In this document: piece after piece, positions 28,824 to 38,311 of the stretch
Numbering within the stretch: position 1 is the first letter of the stretch
Layout: each line of letters begins with the position of its first letter
Assembly: GCA_964468155.1 (NCBI GenBank)
Contig: CAYXUF010000002.1
Span: forward strand, 37,465 to 101,464
Direction of reading: 5' to 3'
Length of the DNA stretch: 64,000 bases
Source: an uncultured Treponemataceae bacterium
GTDB taxonomy: Bacteria; Spirochaetota; Spirochaetia; Treponematales; Rectinemataceae
Notes under the pieces: generated by a model
Told to the model about the DNA's origin: nothing
Database searches by the model: none
What the model saw: only the letters and a program-made list of their open reading frames with translations
Program-made: the position numbers and the translations under genes

Positions 28824-31502
28824 ATGAAGAAGTCAGCGCTCCAGAAGGTCTATAAATCGGCGATCGGGACTTTGAGTTTTTCCGCGGAGCTGCGCAAGAT
28901 GCGGCGCGAGCTGAACGCCACGATAGACCTCCCCGAAGCCATAGCCCTGACGCCCGCTTCCCACGCCCTCGGCGTCAACCGCTGGTTCAAGCGTCGACGC
29001 ATCTCCATCGCCGAATCCTACCTCATGGTGATCTCGGAGCTCGAATCCAGGCAGTCGCGACCCAGGCTCGAGGCTCTCCGCGTCCTCATGGAGGCTTCAT
29101 TCCATTCCAAGAGCCTCGGCATGCCCCTCAACACGGCACGGGTGCAGATGGCCCTCATGAAGGAAGCCGTCAAGAACAGGCAGAACAAGCGCAGACAGCT
29201 CGAGCTTCTCCACGATTTTTCCATTTCCACCTATGGCCAGCAACAGGTTATCAGGAGGCTTTGCGACGAGCTCAACATAGCCATCCTCCCCGAAAAGGGC
29301 ACGCGGCTCGAGGATTTTTCCTATGGCTGGGACGATCATGTCCACGACACGGCCACCTCGGGACGCAAGAACCCCACCCAGCTCATCGTCGACGCCTTTA
29401 TAAAGGGCATTTCCGAAATCACCGTCGCCTACGGATCGGCAGCCGACCTCCCCATGATGGAGGAGGCCCTGGAAGCGGGCAGAATCGCCGGAATTCGCGT
29501 CCATCTCGGCCTCGAATTCAGCATGACCCTGAAAGAAAGCCGTTTCCACTTTATGGCCGTCCTTCCGCCGATGAGAACGCCCGAAGAAGCCGGCTCGTTC
29601 TTCCGCAAAAACGCCGAAGTCCTCGGCCAGTTCCTCTCCGATCTGGAGAAAAACCAGGCCAGCAGACTTGGCGCCGTGCGCGAGGTCCTGCGCGAATTCA
29701 ACGCCGTGGCCCTTGAAAGCTTGAACCGGGGCTATCCGGACGAAGCCTTGTACAGGATACCGGCGCTTACGTTTGAGGCCCTGAACGCCTTCATCCCCAC
29801 GATGAGCATCAACCGCATGCACCTGGCCGAATTCCTCTACAGCCTCGCCCGGCCCGTCATGCTCAACAGGCTGGCCCTCCTCAAGGTGCGGAAGAGCAAG
29901 GCCCAGGACGACCTGAAGCGCGGGCGCTGCACCAAAGCCGAATTCCGCGCCGCCGAGGAAGCGTTCTCGACCCTCAGAAAGGCATTCAGGGAGATGTCGC
30001 CCGACAGCCTCCTCCTGCAGTATTTCAGCGGACCGGCCCTGATAGACTACCAGTCGGCCTTCGACGATATAAAGGCCGTAAAAGCGATGCTGTCCGCGGC
30101 TGGCTGCAAGCTCAAGATCCTCCACCCCCTCGAATACGGCATCGACAAGGCCGTCGAGGCGCTGTCGGACTGCCGCGGACTCATCGACATCATCGAGCTG
30201 TACAACATACAGGATTGCCTCCAGAGAAATCCCGATGAAGTTATGCGCTTCGCCCGTTTCGTCAACGGCATGAACGAAAGCGCACAACGTGACGGAGGAC
30301 CGGCGTTTCTTTCCGTATGCGGAAGCGACTCGACGGGAAGGCATCCGAAGATTCCCGGCATGGGCTTCATGCGCGAAAACAACATTATGGGCGCCAAAAA
30401 AGCCGATTTCCTCTCGAGGCATGTCTCGCTTCCGCCTTTCGTGTCGGCCATGATCGCCGCGGGAGACAAGCCCGTACAGGAAACCGACGCCAAGGCAGTG
30501 CCGCCCATCGTCTGCCTCGGCAAAACATCCGAAGGCGAGGCCGAAAGCCCTCAGGGCGAAAACGCCTACATACCCCCGCGCAGGGCATGGCGCTATCTCA
30601 ATCCCTCGCTGAAAAACGCCGTCTTCACGGTCATCGGATTCCTCGTCGCCGACAACTACATCGGATCGGCCTACGCCCTCCTCTGGCTCGGCATAACGGG
30701 CTTCCGCACCAGCATCGCCGACCTCGTTGCCAGCCGCGGCGGCCGCCTAAGCGAATGGCGGCTCAAGAGCATCAATTTCGACAACGTAGCCCAGGCCCTG
30801 TTCTGGACGGGATTTTCGGTGCCCATACTCGGCTTTGTGAAGTCCAATTTCGACATCGTATGGCCCTGGGCTCAAGACAGCATGTTCTTCAATCTGGCAA
30901 AGTTTTTCGTGATCTCCTTCGCCAACGGGCTGTATCTCGCGGCGCACAACACCCTGCGAGGCTTCGAAAAGAACGTTATTCGCGCCAATTTTTTCCGCTC
31001 CATCATCGCCTGGCCCTTCGCCGCTCTCTTCGCCCCTCTGGGCAACATGATAGGCATTCCCAGCATCGTGCAGACAAAGATATGGTCGGACTTCGTCGCC
31101 GGCTTTATCGAGGGCGGAGGAAAGTACAGGAATCTGCTGAAGCTGCGAAAACAGAATATTGAAGACATTATTCCCAGGATTCTCGAAAAAAAAGGCGAGG
31201 AAAAGCTCATCGCCATCCTCGACATACTCTACCTCTACCGCGAGGAACCGCGCACCCAGAGCTCCCTCATCTCCCTCTTCGAACTCTCGAAGTTCCCCGT
31301 CTCGGCCTTATGGGACGACAAGGGCAAGCCGCCCGAGCGGCCCCTGCGCGATCTTCTCGGCGTCCTCGAGGCGCCCGGCCTCGACGACGAGCTCACCGAT
31401 TTCATATTGACCCGCTATGATGAGGAAATGGCCTCGGACCTCATAGACCTCGTCGCCGACACCCTCTCGCCCATGCGGAGTTGGCTGGCATCAAGGTCCT
31501 GA
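28824..31502 (+). CDS. Large conserved-looking hypothetical protein: about 590-aa soluble N-terminal part plus a multi-TM C-terminal part
   Basis: 892-aa uninterrupted ORF with native GC, starting 6 nt after the nitroreductase stop. Hydrophobic segments lie at about aa 600-760. I recognise no family. Confidence 0.7.
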   Translation: MKKSALQKVYKSAIGTLSFSAELRKMRRELNATIDLPEAIALTPASHALGVNRWFKRRRISIAESYLMVISELESRQSRPRLEALRVLMEASFHSKSLGMPLNTARVQMALMKEAVKNRQNKRRQLELLHDFSISTYGQQQVIRRLCDELNIAILPEKGTRLEDFSYGWDDHVHDTATSGRKNPTQLIVDAFIKGISEITVAYGSAADLPMMEEALEAGRIAGIRVHLGLEFSMTLKESRFHFMAVLPPMRTPEEAGSFFRKNAEVLGQFLSDLEKNQASRLGAVREVLREFNAVALESLNRGYPDEALYRIPALTFEALNAFIPTMSINRMHLAEFLYSLARPVMLNRLALLKVRKSKAQDDLKRGRCTKAEFRAAEEAFSTLRKAFREMSPDSLLLQYFSGPALIDYQSAFDDIKAVKAMLSAAGCKLKILHPLEYGIDKAVEALSDCRGLIDIIELYNIQDCLQRNPDEVMRFARFVNGMNESAQRDGGPAFLSVCGSDSTGRHPKIPGMGFMRENNIMGAKKADFLSRHVSLPPFVSAMIAAGDKPVQETDAKAVPPIVCLGKTSEGEAESPQGENAYIPPRRAWRYLNPSLKNAVFTVIGFLVADNYIGSAYALLWLGITGFRTSIADLVASRGGRLSEWRLKSINFDNVAQALFWTGFSVPILGFVKSNFDIVWPWAQDSMFFNLAKFFVISFANGLYLAAHNTLRGFEKNVIRANFFRSIIAWPFAALFAPLGNMIGIPSIVQTKIWSDFVAGFIEGGGKYRNLLKLRKQNIEDIIPRILEKKGEEKLIAILDILYLYREEPRTQSSLISLFELSKFPVSALWDDKGKPPERPLRDLLGVLEAPGLDDELTDFILTRYDEEMASDLIDLVADTLSPMRSWLASRS

Positions 31503-31577
31503 ACGGCGGCTTTTTTGTTTCGGGGAATAAAAAGGCCGCCCCCGAGGGCAGCCTCTTGTTTCAGCATTGAGCTACTA

Positions 31578-31655
31578 TCAGGCGCCGTAAACCCCATCGA
31601 TGATCTCGCAATTCTTGGCGGCGAGGGTCTTGTCCACCCAGGAGCGGTCGGCCAT
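31578..31655 (-). pseudogene. Remnant copy of the 3' end of the RraA-family gene (25 codons plus stop)
   Basis: Translates as MADRSWVDKTLAAKNCEIIDGVYGA, compared with ...TADRSWVDKTLAAKNCEIIDAVYCK at the end of gene 34001..34699. 59 bp are identical (31595-31653 = 34018-34076). Confidence 0.75.
31595..31653. repeat. Direct repeat, left copy (59 bp perfect)
   Basis: Identical to 34018-34076 at an offset of 2423 bp. Weaker similarity extends through the stop codon and terminator hairpin (about 31541-31594 versus 33961-34017). Confidence 0.9.
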
Positions 31656-31676
31656 CGCGCAGCGCCAGAAAAGACT

Positions 31677-31711
31677 GGGAAGGCGCCATCCCGAAGGAGT
31701 GGCGCCTTCCC
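31677..31711 (-). terminator. Intrinsic terminator downstream of the MBL-fold gene
   Basis: GGGAAGGCGCCA / TGGCGCCTTCCC 12-bp stem, followed on the minus strand by AGTCTTTTCT. Confidence 0.6.
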
Positions 31712-31736
31712 GAAAGCAAGGGGGTCGACTCCCTTG

Positions 31737-33929
31737 TTATTGCACCTTTTTAAACGTATCCATAACGTTGGCGCTCACCAGGATATCGCTGTTCTTGTCC
31801 ATCGTGACGGTATAGGTCGTTCCTGCCTTGAGCGTGGCAAGGACAGCCTCCGCTTCCGCCTTGGAATTAAAGGGCTTTGTGCGGTTTATCTCGTACCAGC
31901 CCGCGCCGCGGATTGACTCAACGGGGCCGTTCTTTTGGCCAGTTGTGATATTGCCCGTGTAGCCGTCCTGGACATGCATGCTTATCTGGAGGAACCACTT
32001 GTCGGGATCGTGCACATAGCCGTCGCGGGTAACCGTAAAACCTAAACCCAAATTTGCGCCTTCGTTGGTGTAAACGCCGTTCAGCAAGGGATTGGGGTTC
32101 TCAAGGATGTCGAAGCCGTGCAGCAGCTTGCCGCCATCAACCAGTGTGATGGTATACTGACCGCCTTCGCGCTTCCAAGGACCGGCCGCTTCCATGGTAA
32201 CCCGCCCGGGAGTCGCCGTCTGGACATTCATCACCTTCACGGTTCCGTCGGGATACGTCACCGAAATTCTAGGATCGGCTTTAAACTTGACCGCGTACTC
32301 CTCATATACCTGACACTCCTGGCGCCGCTCCATGAAGTTGTACCACCCTTCGAAGCCTCGGTTCATAGCGTCGAGGAAGGGAATATTGGCTACTTCCGAA
32401 GCCTTATGGATTTCATTCATCGGGTAGTGCGCGTTATGCTGAGGCAGATTGTAGTCTATGTTAACGTTCTGCTGCAGGTATCTCAGGCTGGCGACATAGG
32501 CGTTGCGCAAAAAGCCCGAACTTGGGTTAGCGACGGTGCCGATGCCACCCATATAGCCGAAGATGATGGGCTTGTTTTGTTGGTCTTTCGGGGTCACTTC
32601 AAAGAGGAAGGTGCCAGTGCCGACGGTGTGACCAGGGGTGATCATGGGGTAGATCCGGATACCGCCGAAGTCCATCCACTTTTCCCACTCGTAATATTTG
32701 TCGATGGTGCTGATAATCGCGGTTTCCGTGAGAGTTCCGCCGATTTCGGGAAAGCCGTACGCGGCATAGCCTTCGACTTCCTCTTTGGTCGAATATACAA
32801 CAGGGTCTTTGCCGGCGTTGCATAGCATCTGGTAGAACTCAAGAAACGCAGCGTAATGATCGAAATGCCCATGGCTTATCAGAAGATATTTGACATCACG
32901 AGGGTCCATACCCATTTTTTCAATCGCGAGGTAATACTGGTATGCGCGGCCGGGATTGCCAAAATCCAGCATAGCCAGGCCGGTATCCGTCTTTAATAGG
33001 TAGTTGGCCGTATCAAAGTCGCCGAGAAAGTACAATCTTTCCGGAACGATGGCAAAAGGCTTTGTGTATCCGGTCCAGGATCCACTGCTGCGGGGGTCGT
33101 TCATGATATAATCAGCATCGGGGAAAGGGCTGTATAGAGACATGGTTTCGTAGGTCGACAAGAGGTGTTTATCCGCGACCGAAGTCTGGGGAGTAATGTA
33201 GTAAATCTCCATGGCTTGAGCGGAATGCGCCTGTTTATAATTCTTGTCAAAGACAACAACCACCATCTGGCGGTCCTTGGTCAAAGAATACTTTCCGTTG
33301 GTCTTCTGAGTTACCGGCACATCGGCCAGGGTCTTTGCAGCGATCTGTTTGGTCGAAGTGTTCAGCTCATAGACCCTTAATCCATTATTCAGAAGATAGG
33401 TCTCCTCAAAGCTGTTGGTATCGCCCACCACGATCTTATCGGGGGTCTTATCCAGAATCCAGCCGGCCGCCATGAGCTGGCCAGCTTCGCCGTTCACGGG
33501 GGATAACTCCTGTCCGTACTTCATGGTGTCGAACCAGGTGCTAGAATTGAGGCTGAACAGCTTTTTGAACCGGATGACCTCGCCCGCGGAATTATAGCAG
33601 ATGTCAATGAAGGCGCCGCTAGTGACCCTCAGGCCCGAATTTTTGTCTGTCAGCAAATATATTTCGGACTTCTCCAGAGTTTTGGAGGTCAGAGCGACTT
33701 GGCCCTGTGCGGTAATGGCATCGATGCTGATGCTGTTGCCGGTCACGACAGGATCAGAGATAGCATAACCTAGCTTGGAATACGCACTACTCATACTTGC
33801 GTCGCCGGTCGCTGATGCATTTGCGGACAATACCAGACACATTAAAACTGACAGCGCGAGAGCCAGTCTGCATTTACCCAGTGTCCATGTTGTCCTGCGA
33901 TGCTGGCGTTCACATTTCCTGTGGTTCAT
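31737..33929 (-). CDS. Secreted multidomain MBL-fold metallo-hydrolase
   Basis: HxHxDH motif in LLISHGHFDHY plus a downstream TPGHTVG. Signal-like N-terminus. AAGGAGG RBS 9 nt before the ATG at 33929. GC is clearly lower than the flanks by eye. Confidence 0.85.
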   Translation of the reverse strand: MNHRKCERQHRRTTWTLGKCRLALALSVLMCLVLSANASATGDASMSSAYSKLGYAISDPVVTGNSISIDAITAQGQVALTSKTLEKSEIYLLTDKNSGLRVTSGAFIDICYNSAGEVIRFKKLFSLNSSTWFDTMKYGQELSPVNGEAGQLMAAGWILDKTPDKIVVGDTNSFEETYLLNNGLRVYELNTSTKQIAAKTLADVPVTQKTNGKYSLTKDRQMVVVVFDKNYKQAHSAQAMEIYYITPQTSVADKHLLSTYETMSLYSPFPDADYIMNDPRSSGSWTGYTKPFAIVPERLYFLGDFDTANYLLKTDTGLAMLDFGNPGRAYQYYLAIEKMGMDPRDVKYLLISHGHFDHYAAFLEFYQMLCNAGKDPVVYSTKEEVEGYAAYGFPEIGGTLTETAIISTIDKYYEWEKWMDFGGIRIYPMITPGHTVGTGTFLFEVTPKDQQNKPIIFGYMGGIGTVANPSSGFLRNAYVASLRYLQQNVNIDYNLPQHNAHYPMNEIHKASEVANIPFLDAMNRGFEGWYNFMERRQECQVYEEYAVKFKADPRISVTYPDGTVKVMNVQTATPGRVTMEAAGPWKREGGQYTITLVDGGKLLHGFDILENPNPLLNGVYTNEGANLGLGFTVTRDGYVHDPDKWFLQISMHVQDGYTGNITTGQKNGPVESIRGAGWYEINRTKPFNSKAEAEAVLATLKAGTTYTVTMDKNSDILVSANVMDTFKKVQ

Positions 33930-33957
33930 AGTCTTCTGCCTCCTTTCTAGAGTTTTC

Positions 33958-33990
33958 TAAAAGGGCCGCCCTTTAAGGCAGCCCGGCTTT
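33958..33990 (-). terminator. Terminator-like hairpin downstream of the RraA-family gene
   Basis: The minus strand reads GGGCTGCC-TTAAAG-GGCGGCCC (one G-U pair) followed by TTTTAG. Confidence 0.45.
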
Positions 33991-34000
33991 AACGAATCAG

Positions 34001-34699
34001 TCACTTGCAGTAGACGGCATCGATGATCTCGCAATTCTTGGCGGCGAGGGTCTTGTCCACCCAGGAGCGGTCGGCCGTGCCGTTCGCTGCGGCGGTCACC
34101 TTGGCCGCGTCGTTGGCCGAGAATTTGCCCGCGACAGCCAGTATCTCGGCCGCGTCCCGCCTGGGGATCACGATGACGCCGTCGGCGTCTCCCAGGATGA
34201 TGTCGCCCGGCTCAATCTGGATGCCGCCGCAGGAAATGGGAACGTTCACTTCGCCAGGGCCTTCCTTGTAAGGCCCGCCCGGCGTCGTCCCTGTCCCGTA
34301 GACCGGGGTGTCCATCTTCGAGATCGCGTCGATGTCGCGTATCGGGCCGTCGAAAACGAGGCCGGTTACGCCCTTGTAGCGGGCGTAGGTCAGGATGATC
34401 TCGCCCACGAGGGACTGGCTGCGGTCCCCGCCGTTCGACACGATGATCACGTCGCCGGGGCCAGCCATGTTGAGGGCTTTATGGATCATGAGGTTGTCGC
34501 CGGGCCTCGCCTTCACCGTCAGGGCGACGCCCGCCATGATCGGCGCGGCAGGGGAAGAGAGAAGCTTGATCTGCGAGGAGAGGGCGCAAAGCCTGCCCAT
34601 GCAGTCGGCTACATTGGCCGGCGGAAGGGATTTGAACGCTTCCACCAGCTCGGGCGCGGGAAGATCCCGCTTCAAGAATACTCTGAATCCTACGGACAT
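34001..34699 (-). CDS. RraA-family protein (RNase E regulator A / HMG-CHA aldolase-like fold)
   Basis: ANVADCMGR, GDNLMIHKA, GDVIIVSNGG and GDADGVIVIP are typical RraA/aldolase blocks. Confidence 0.85.
   Translation of the reverse strand: MSVGFRVFLKRDLPAPELVEAFKSLPPANVADCMGRLCALSSQIKLLSSPAAPIMAGVALTVKARPGDNLMIHKALNMAGPGDVIIVSNGGDRSQSLVGEIILTYARYKGVTGLVFDGPIRDIDAISKMDTPVYGTGTTPGGPYKEGPGEVNVPISCGGIQIEPGDIILGDADGVIVIPRRDAAEILAVAGKFSANDAAKVTAAANGTADRSWVDKTLAAKNCEIIDAVYCK
34018..34076. repeat. Direct repeat, right copy (59 bp perfect), inside the intact RraA-family gene
   Basis: Identical to 31595-31653. Confidence 0.9.
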
Positions 34700-34736
34700 A
34701 ATCGCTCCTCTTCCTTATCTCAGACGCTTCGTCTTT

Positions 34737-35714
34737 TCAGACGCTTTGTTTCAAGTATTGGCCGTTCACGAGCACCTTGGGCGATAGCGGTCGGCCATCG
34801 CGCACAGCAAGGATGTTTTCCAGGCAGATATCGACCATATCTATGCTCATATCGGCCGTGTTCCCGCCCACATGCGGGGTCATCACCACATTATCCAGAT
34901 TTCTTAAGGGGCTGCCGGGCGCCAAGGGTTCGGAATCGAAGACATCGAGCCCGGCTCCGGCGATGCGCTTTTCGGCGAGAGCCTCGGCGAGGGCCGCGGA
35001 ATCGATGATCTCGCCCCTGGCTGTATTGATTAAAATAGCATTCGCCTTCATGAGGCCGATTTCCCGCCGGCCGATCAGGCCGCGCGTGCTGTCGAGAAGG
35101 GGAAGGTGAAGGCTGACGATATCGGCGCCGGCCATCACTTCGTCGAGCTCGCGATAGCTGAGGCCCAGTTCGTTTTCCGTCGATAAGGGCAGGCGGAATG
35201 CGTCGTAATATATCACCTCCGCCCCAAAGGCCTGAACCTTTTTCGCCACCTGCCTGCCGATAGCGCCGCAGCCGACGAGGCCTACCGTTTTGCCTTTTAT
35301 CATGAAGGAATTGTCGATGAACTGTTCCTTCTCCCAGCGGCCCTGCGCCATTCCTTCGTGCAGCTTGACCAGGTTGCGGTAGAGGGCGAGCATGAGGAGG
35401 AGAGCAAGCTCGGATACGGGCGTCGAATTGGCCCCGGGCGCTATGGCCACGGGGATGCCGCGCTCGCCGGCCGCCACGACGTCCACCTTGTCGAATCCCA
35501 CGCCCCAGCGCTGTATAAGCCTGAGCCTGGGCATCGCCTCGATGGCCGGCCTTTTCATGGCGAGAACGCGCAAAATCACATATTCCACATCGGCAAGCCG
35601 GTCGAATTCGCTTTCGCCGCCGATATTCACGACCCTCATAGCCCCTTGCAGACGCTTTTCGAGCAAGGGTCGCACATCGGCGCCATAGGGGCCGACTAGG
35701 GCGATCTTCTCCAT
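34737..35714 (-). CDS. D-isomer-specific 2-hydroxyacid dehydrogenase (phosphoglycerate-dehydrogenase-like)
   Basis: NAD motif GLVGCGAIGRQVAKK plus the catalytic NTARG..ID and TPHVGG blocks. Start 35714 (MEKIALVG); 35726 is an alternative. Confidence 0.85.
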   Translation of the reverse strand: MEKIALVGPYGADVRPLLEKRLQGAMRVVNIGGESEFDRLADVEYVILRVLAMKRPAIEAMPRLRLIQRWGVGFDKVDVVAAGERGIPVAIAPGANSTPVSELALLLMLALYRNLVKLHEGMAQGRWEKEQFIDNSFMIKGKTVGLVGCGAIGRQVAKKVQAFGAEVIYYDAFRLPLSTENELGLSYRELDEVMAGADIVSLHLPLLDSTRGLIGRREIGLMKANAILINTARGEIIDSAALAEALAEKRIAGAGLDVFDSEPLAPGSPLRNLDNVVMTPHVGGNTADMSIDMVDICLENILAVRDGRPLSPKVLVNGQYLKQSV

Positions 35715-35797
35715 GGGAAACTCCATTCCCGGCGGGACCCGCCCGCGAGCATCCGGCATTCCGGCATGCGAGCGGCTCCCGCCAGAGGCAGAAACTA

Positions 35798-36775
35798 TTA
35801 TTGCTTGCTCAGGGGAATGAGATCCTTCACCACGGTGCCGTAGTCATCCCATACCTTGGTGTAGCCTTTCACGTCCATATAGCGGATCTGGAGACCGAGC
35901 TTGGCCATGGCAGACTTCACTTCCTCGGTTTCCAGCGCCGTTTTCATGGCTGAAGAAAGCTTCTCGACGATTTCCATGGGGGTTCCGGCCGGAGCCAGAT
36001 AGCCTCGCCACGAACCGCCGAGGAGTTTGATACCCTGGGATTCAAAGGTCTTTACGCCAGGAAGGAAGGGGCTTTCTTCGCTGTCCATCACGCCAAGCAC
36101 GCGGATATCGCCCGACTTGAGCTGGGAAAGCACGTCGCCGACGTTGCCGACATAGGCATCGATCTTCTTGCCGAGAAGCGCGGTCATCGCGGTGCCCGCT
36201 CCGTCGAAATGGACGATGGCGAACTGAGCTCCGGTGAGCTGCTGAAGCTGGAGAATGGTGAAATGGTCGCCCGTCTGCAGACCTGTGGTGGATACGGTGA
36301 TCTTTTTAGGCCTAGCCTTGGCATCGTCGAGGAGATCCTTGACGGTCTTGTAGGGGCTGTCGGCCTTGACCGCCAGAACGCCGGCGTCCAGAACCTGGAG
36401 GCCGATGGGCTGGAAATCGTCTTTCTTGTAGGTAGCCTTGCGGTCGGCGTCCATGATCGAAACCATGATTCCGGGGAGGCTCGCCAGGCCGAAGGTATAA
36501 CCGTCGGGCTTAGCCTGTGATACCATCGTATAGGCTAGCTGGCCAGAGGCACCCGGTTTGTTGAGCACTTCTACTTTAGTTCCCAGAACCTTTTCCATGC
36601 CACCAGCGAGAATGCGGGCGCCGGCGTCCGAGCTTCCGCCCGCCGAGAATCCGACGACCAGGGTAATCGCCTTGTTTTTAGCCGGGTAAGCCTGAGCGCC
36701 AACCGAAGCGGCTGCCATGCACAGACACGCCACCAATAGAATCGCGGCGTACTTTCGGAACGATGAGAGTTTCAT
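35798..36775 (-). CDS. tctC: Tripartite tricarboxylate transporter substrate-binding protein (TctC/Bug)
   Basis: Signal peptide plus the Bug-family block FSAGGSSDAGARI..NKPGASG. Confidence 0.9.
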   Translation of the reverse strand: MKLSSFRKYAAILLVACLCMAAASVGAQAYPAKNKAITLVVGFSAGGSSDAGARILAGGMEKVLGTKVEVLNKPGASGQLAYTMVSQAKPDGYTFGLASLPGIMVSIMDADRKATYKKDDFQPIGLQVLDAGVLAVKADSPYKTVKDLLDDAKARPKKITVSTTGLQTGDHFTILQLQQLTGAQFAIVHFDGAGTAMTALLGKKIDAYVGNVGDVLSQLKSGDIRVLGVMDSEESPFLPGVKTFESQGIKLLGGSWRGYLAPAGTPMEIVEKLSSAMKTALETEEVKSAMAKLGLQIRYMDVKGYTKVWDDYGTVVKDLIPLSKQ

Positions 36776-36787
36776 GGAATCCTCCTT

Positions 36788-38299
36788 CTATTTTCCATCG
36801 CTTCCGCTGCCCAATTTAGCTCTCCGGGAGCCCAGAAAAACCTTGAGTGCGGAAGTGACGAGCACGAGCAATGAAACGATGAGCAGCGCGGCGGCCAGGG
36901 GGCTCGAGAACAGGATGGAGAAATCGCCTTGCGACATCTCCATGGATCGCCTCAGGGAGCGTTCCATCGTCGGGCCCAAAATCAGGGTGAGGATCATCGG
37001 AGCCAAGGGAAAGTCGAATTTCTTGAGTACATATCCAAGAATCCCGAAAAGCAGCATGATGAACACGTCGAACACCGAGTTCTCCCCGCCATAAGCCCCG
37101 ATCACCATGAAAGCCAGAATCACGGCGAAAAGTATGGAATAGGGAATCTTGAGCAGCTTTACCCAAATCCCGACGAGGGGCAGGTTGAGGATCAGCAGTA
37201 TCACGTTGCCGATGAAGAAGCTGGCGATGACGCCCCACACGAGCTGGGGATTTTCCCTGAACAGGAAAGGTCCCGGGATGAGCCCGTTCATGAGGAAGGC
37301 GCCCATCAAAACGGCCACCGTGGGCGAGGCAGGAATCCCGAGGGTGAAAAGAGGTATGAGGGCTCCGTTGGCGTGGGCGTTGTTCGCCGTCTCGGGTCCC
37401 GCCACGCCCTCCACAGCCCCTTCGCCGAAGCGCTCGGGATGCTTGGAAATCTTCTTTTCCATCGAGTACGACATGAAGGAAGCCATCGATCCCGTCATGC
37501 CGGGAATCAGGCCGAGCAAAGTGCCGAGGAAAGATCCTCGAACGATGGGCCCAGCCGAATCCTTGACCTCTTCCTTGGAGGGCTTGAGCGAGCCCACTTT
37601 GGCGCTCTTCGTGGCATCGAGAGCCTCCTCGGCGTTTTCGAGGATATCGGAGAGGCCGAAGAGGCCCATTATCACGGGGACGAAGTTGAGGCCATCCATC
37701 AGCTCCATCCTTCCGAAGGTGAAGCGAGGGGCTCCCCGCACCGGATCCATGCCCACCATGGCCAGGAGAAGGCCCACTATGCCCATCATCACCGCCTTCA
37801 CCATGGACTTGCCGGCCAAACCCATCATGAGTGAAATGCCGAGAACCATGAGAGCGAAGAATTCCACGGGACCGAATTCGAGGGCGAGCTTGGTGAGGGG
37901 ACCGGCCAGGAAGACAAGGGCTATCGTCGCGAAAAGCCCGCCGATGAAGGAACCTATCGCCGCGATGCTCAAGGCCGCGCCGGCGCGCCCTTTCAGCGCC
38001 ATCTTGTGCCCATCGATGCAGGTTATCGCCGAGGCCGCCTCGCCCGGCACGTTGAGCAATATGCTGGTAATCGTGCCGCCGTATTGAGTGCCATAAAATA
38101 TCGCGGTGAGCATGATTATCGCACCCGTGGGCTCAAGCCGCGCGGTGAGGGGAATGAGGAGGGCCGTGCCCGCCGCCGGTCCGATTCCGGGCAGAACGCC
38201 TATCAGGGTACCGAAGGCGCTTCCAAGGAAAGCGTAAAGCAGATTGCCCGGAGAAAGGGCAACAGAAAAACCCATCAACAGATCGCCAAGAGCATCCAT
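36788..38299 (-). CDS. tctA: Tripartite tricarboxylate transporter large permease (TctA)
   Basis: 503-aa polytopic membrane protein. GVLPGIGPAAGTALLIP and YGGTITSILLNVPGEAAS are TctA signatures. Confidence 0.9.
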   Translation of the reverse strand: MDALGDLLMGFSVALSPGNLLYAFLGSAFGTLIGVLPGIGPAAGTALLIPLTARLEPTGAIIMLTAIFYGTQYGGTITSILLNVPGEAASAITCIDGHKMALKGRAGAALSIAAIGSFIGGLFATIALVFLAGPLTKLALEFGPVEFFALMVLGISLMMGLAGKSMVKAVMMGIVGLLLAMVGMDPVRGAPRFTFGRMELMDGLNFVPVIMGLFGLSDILENAEEALDATKSAKVGSLKPSKEEVKDSAGPIVRGSFLGTLLGLIPGMTGSMASFMSYSMEKKISKHPERFGEGAVEGVAGPETANNAHANGALIPLFTLGIPASPTVAVLMGAFLMNGLIPGPFLFRENPQLVWGVIASFFIGNVILLILNLPLVGIWVKLLKIPYSILFAVILAFMVIGAYGGENSVFDVFIMLLFGILGYVLKKFDFPLAPMILTLILGPTMERSLRRSMEMSQGDFSILFSSPLAAALLIVSLLVLVTSALKVFLGSRRAKLGSGSDGK

Positions 38300-38311
38300 G
38301 GCCTACCTCCC

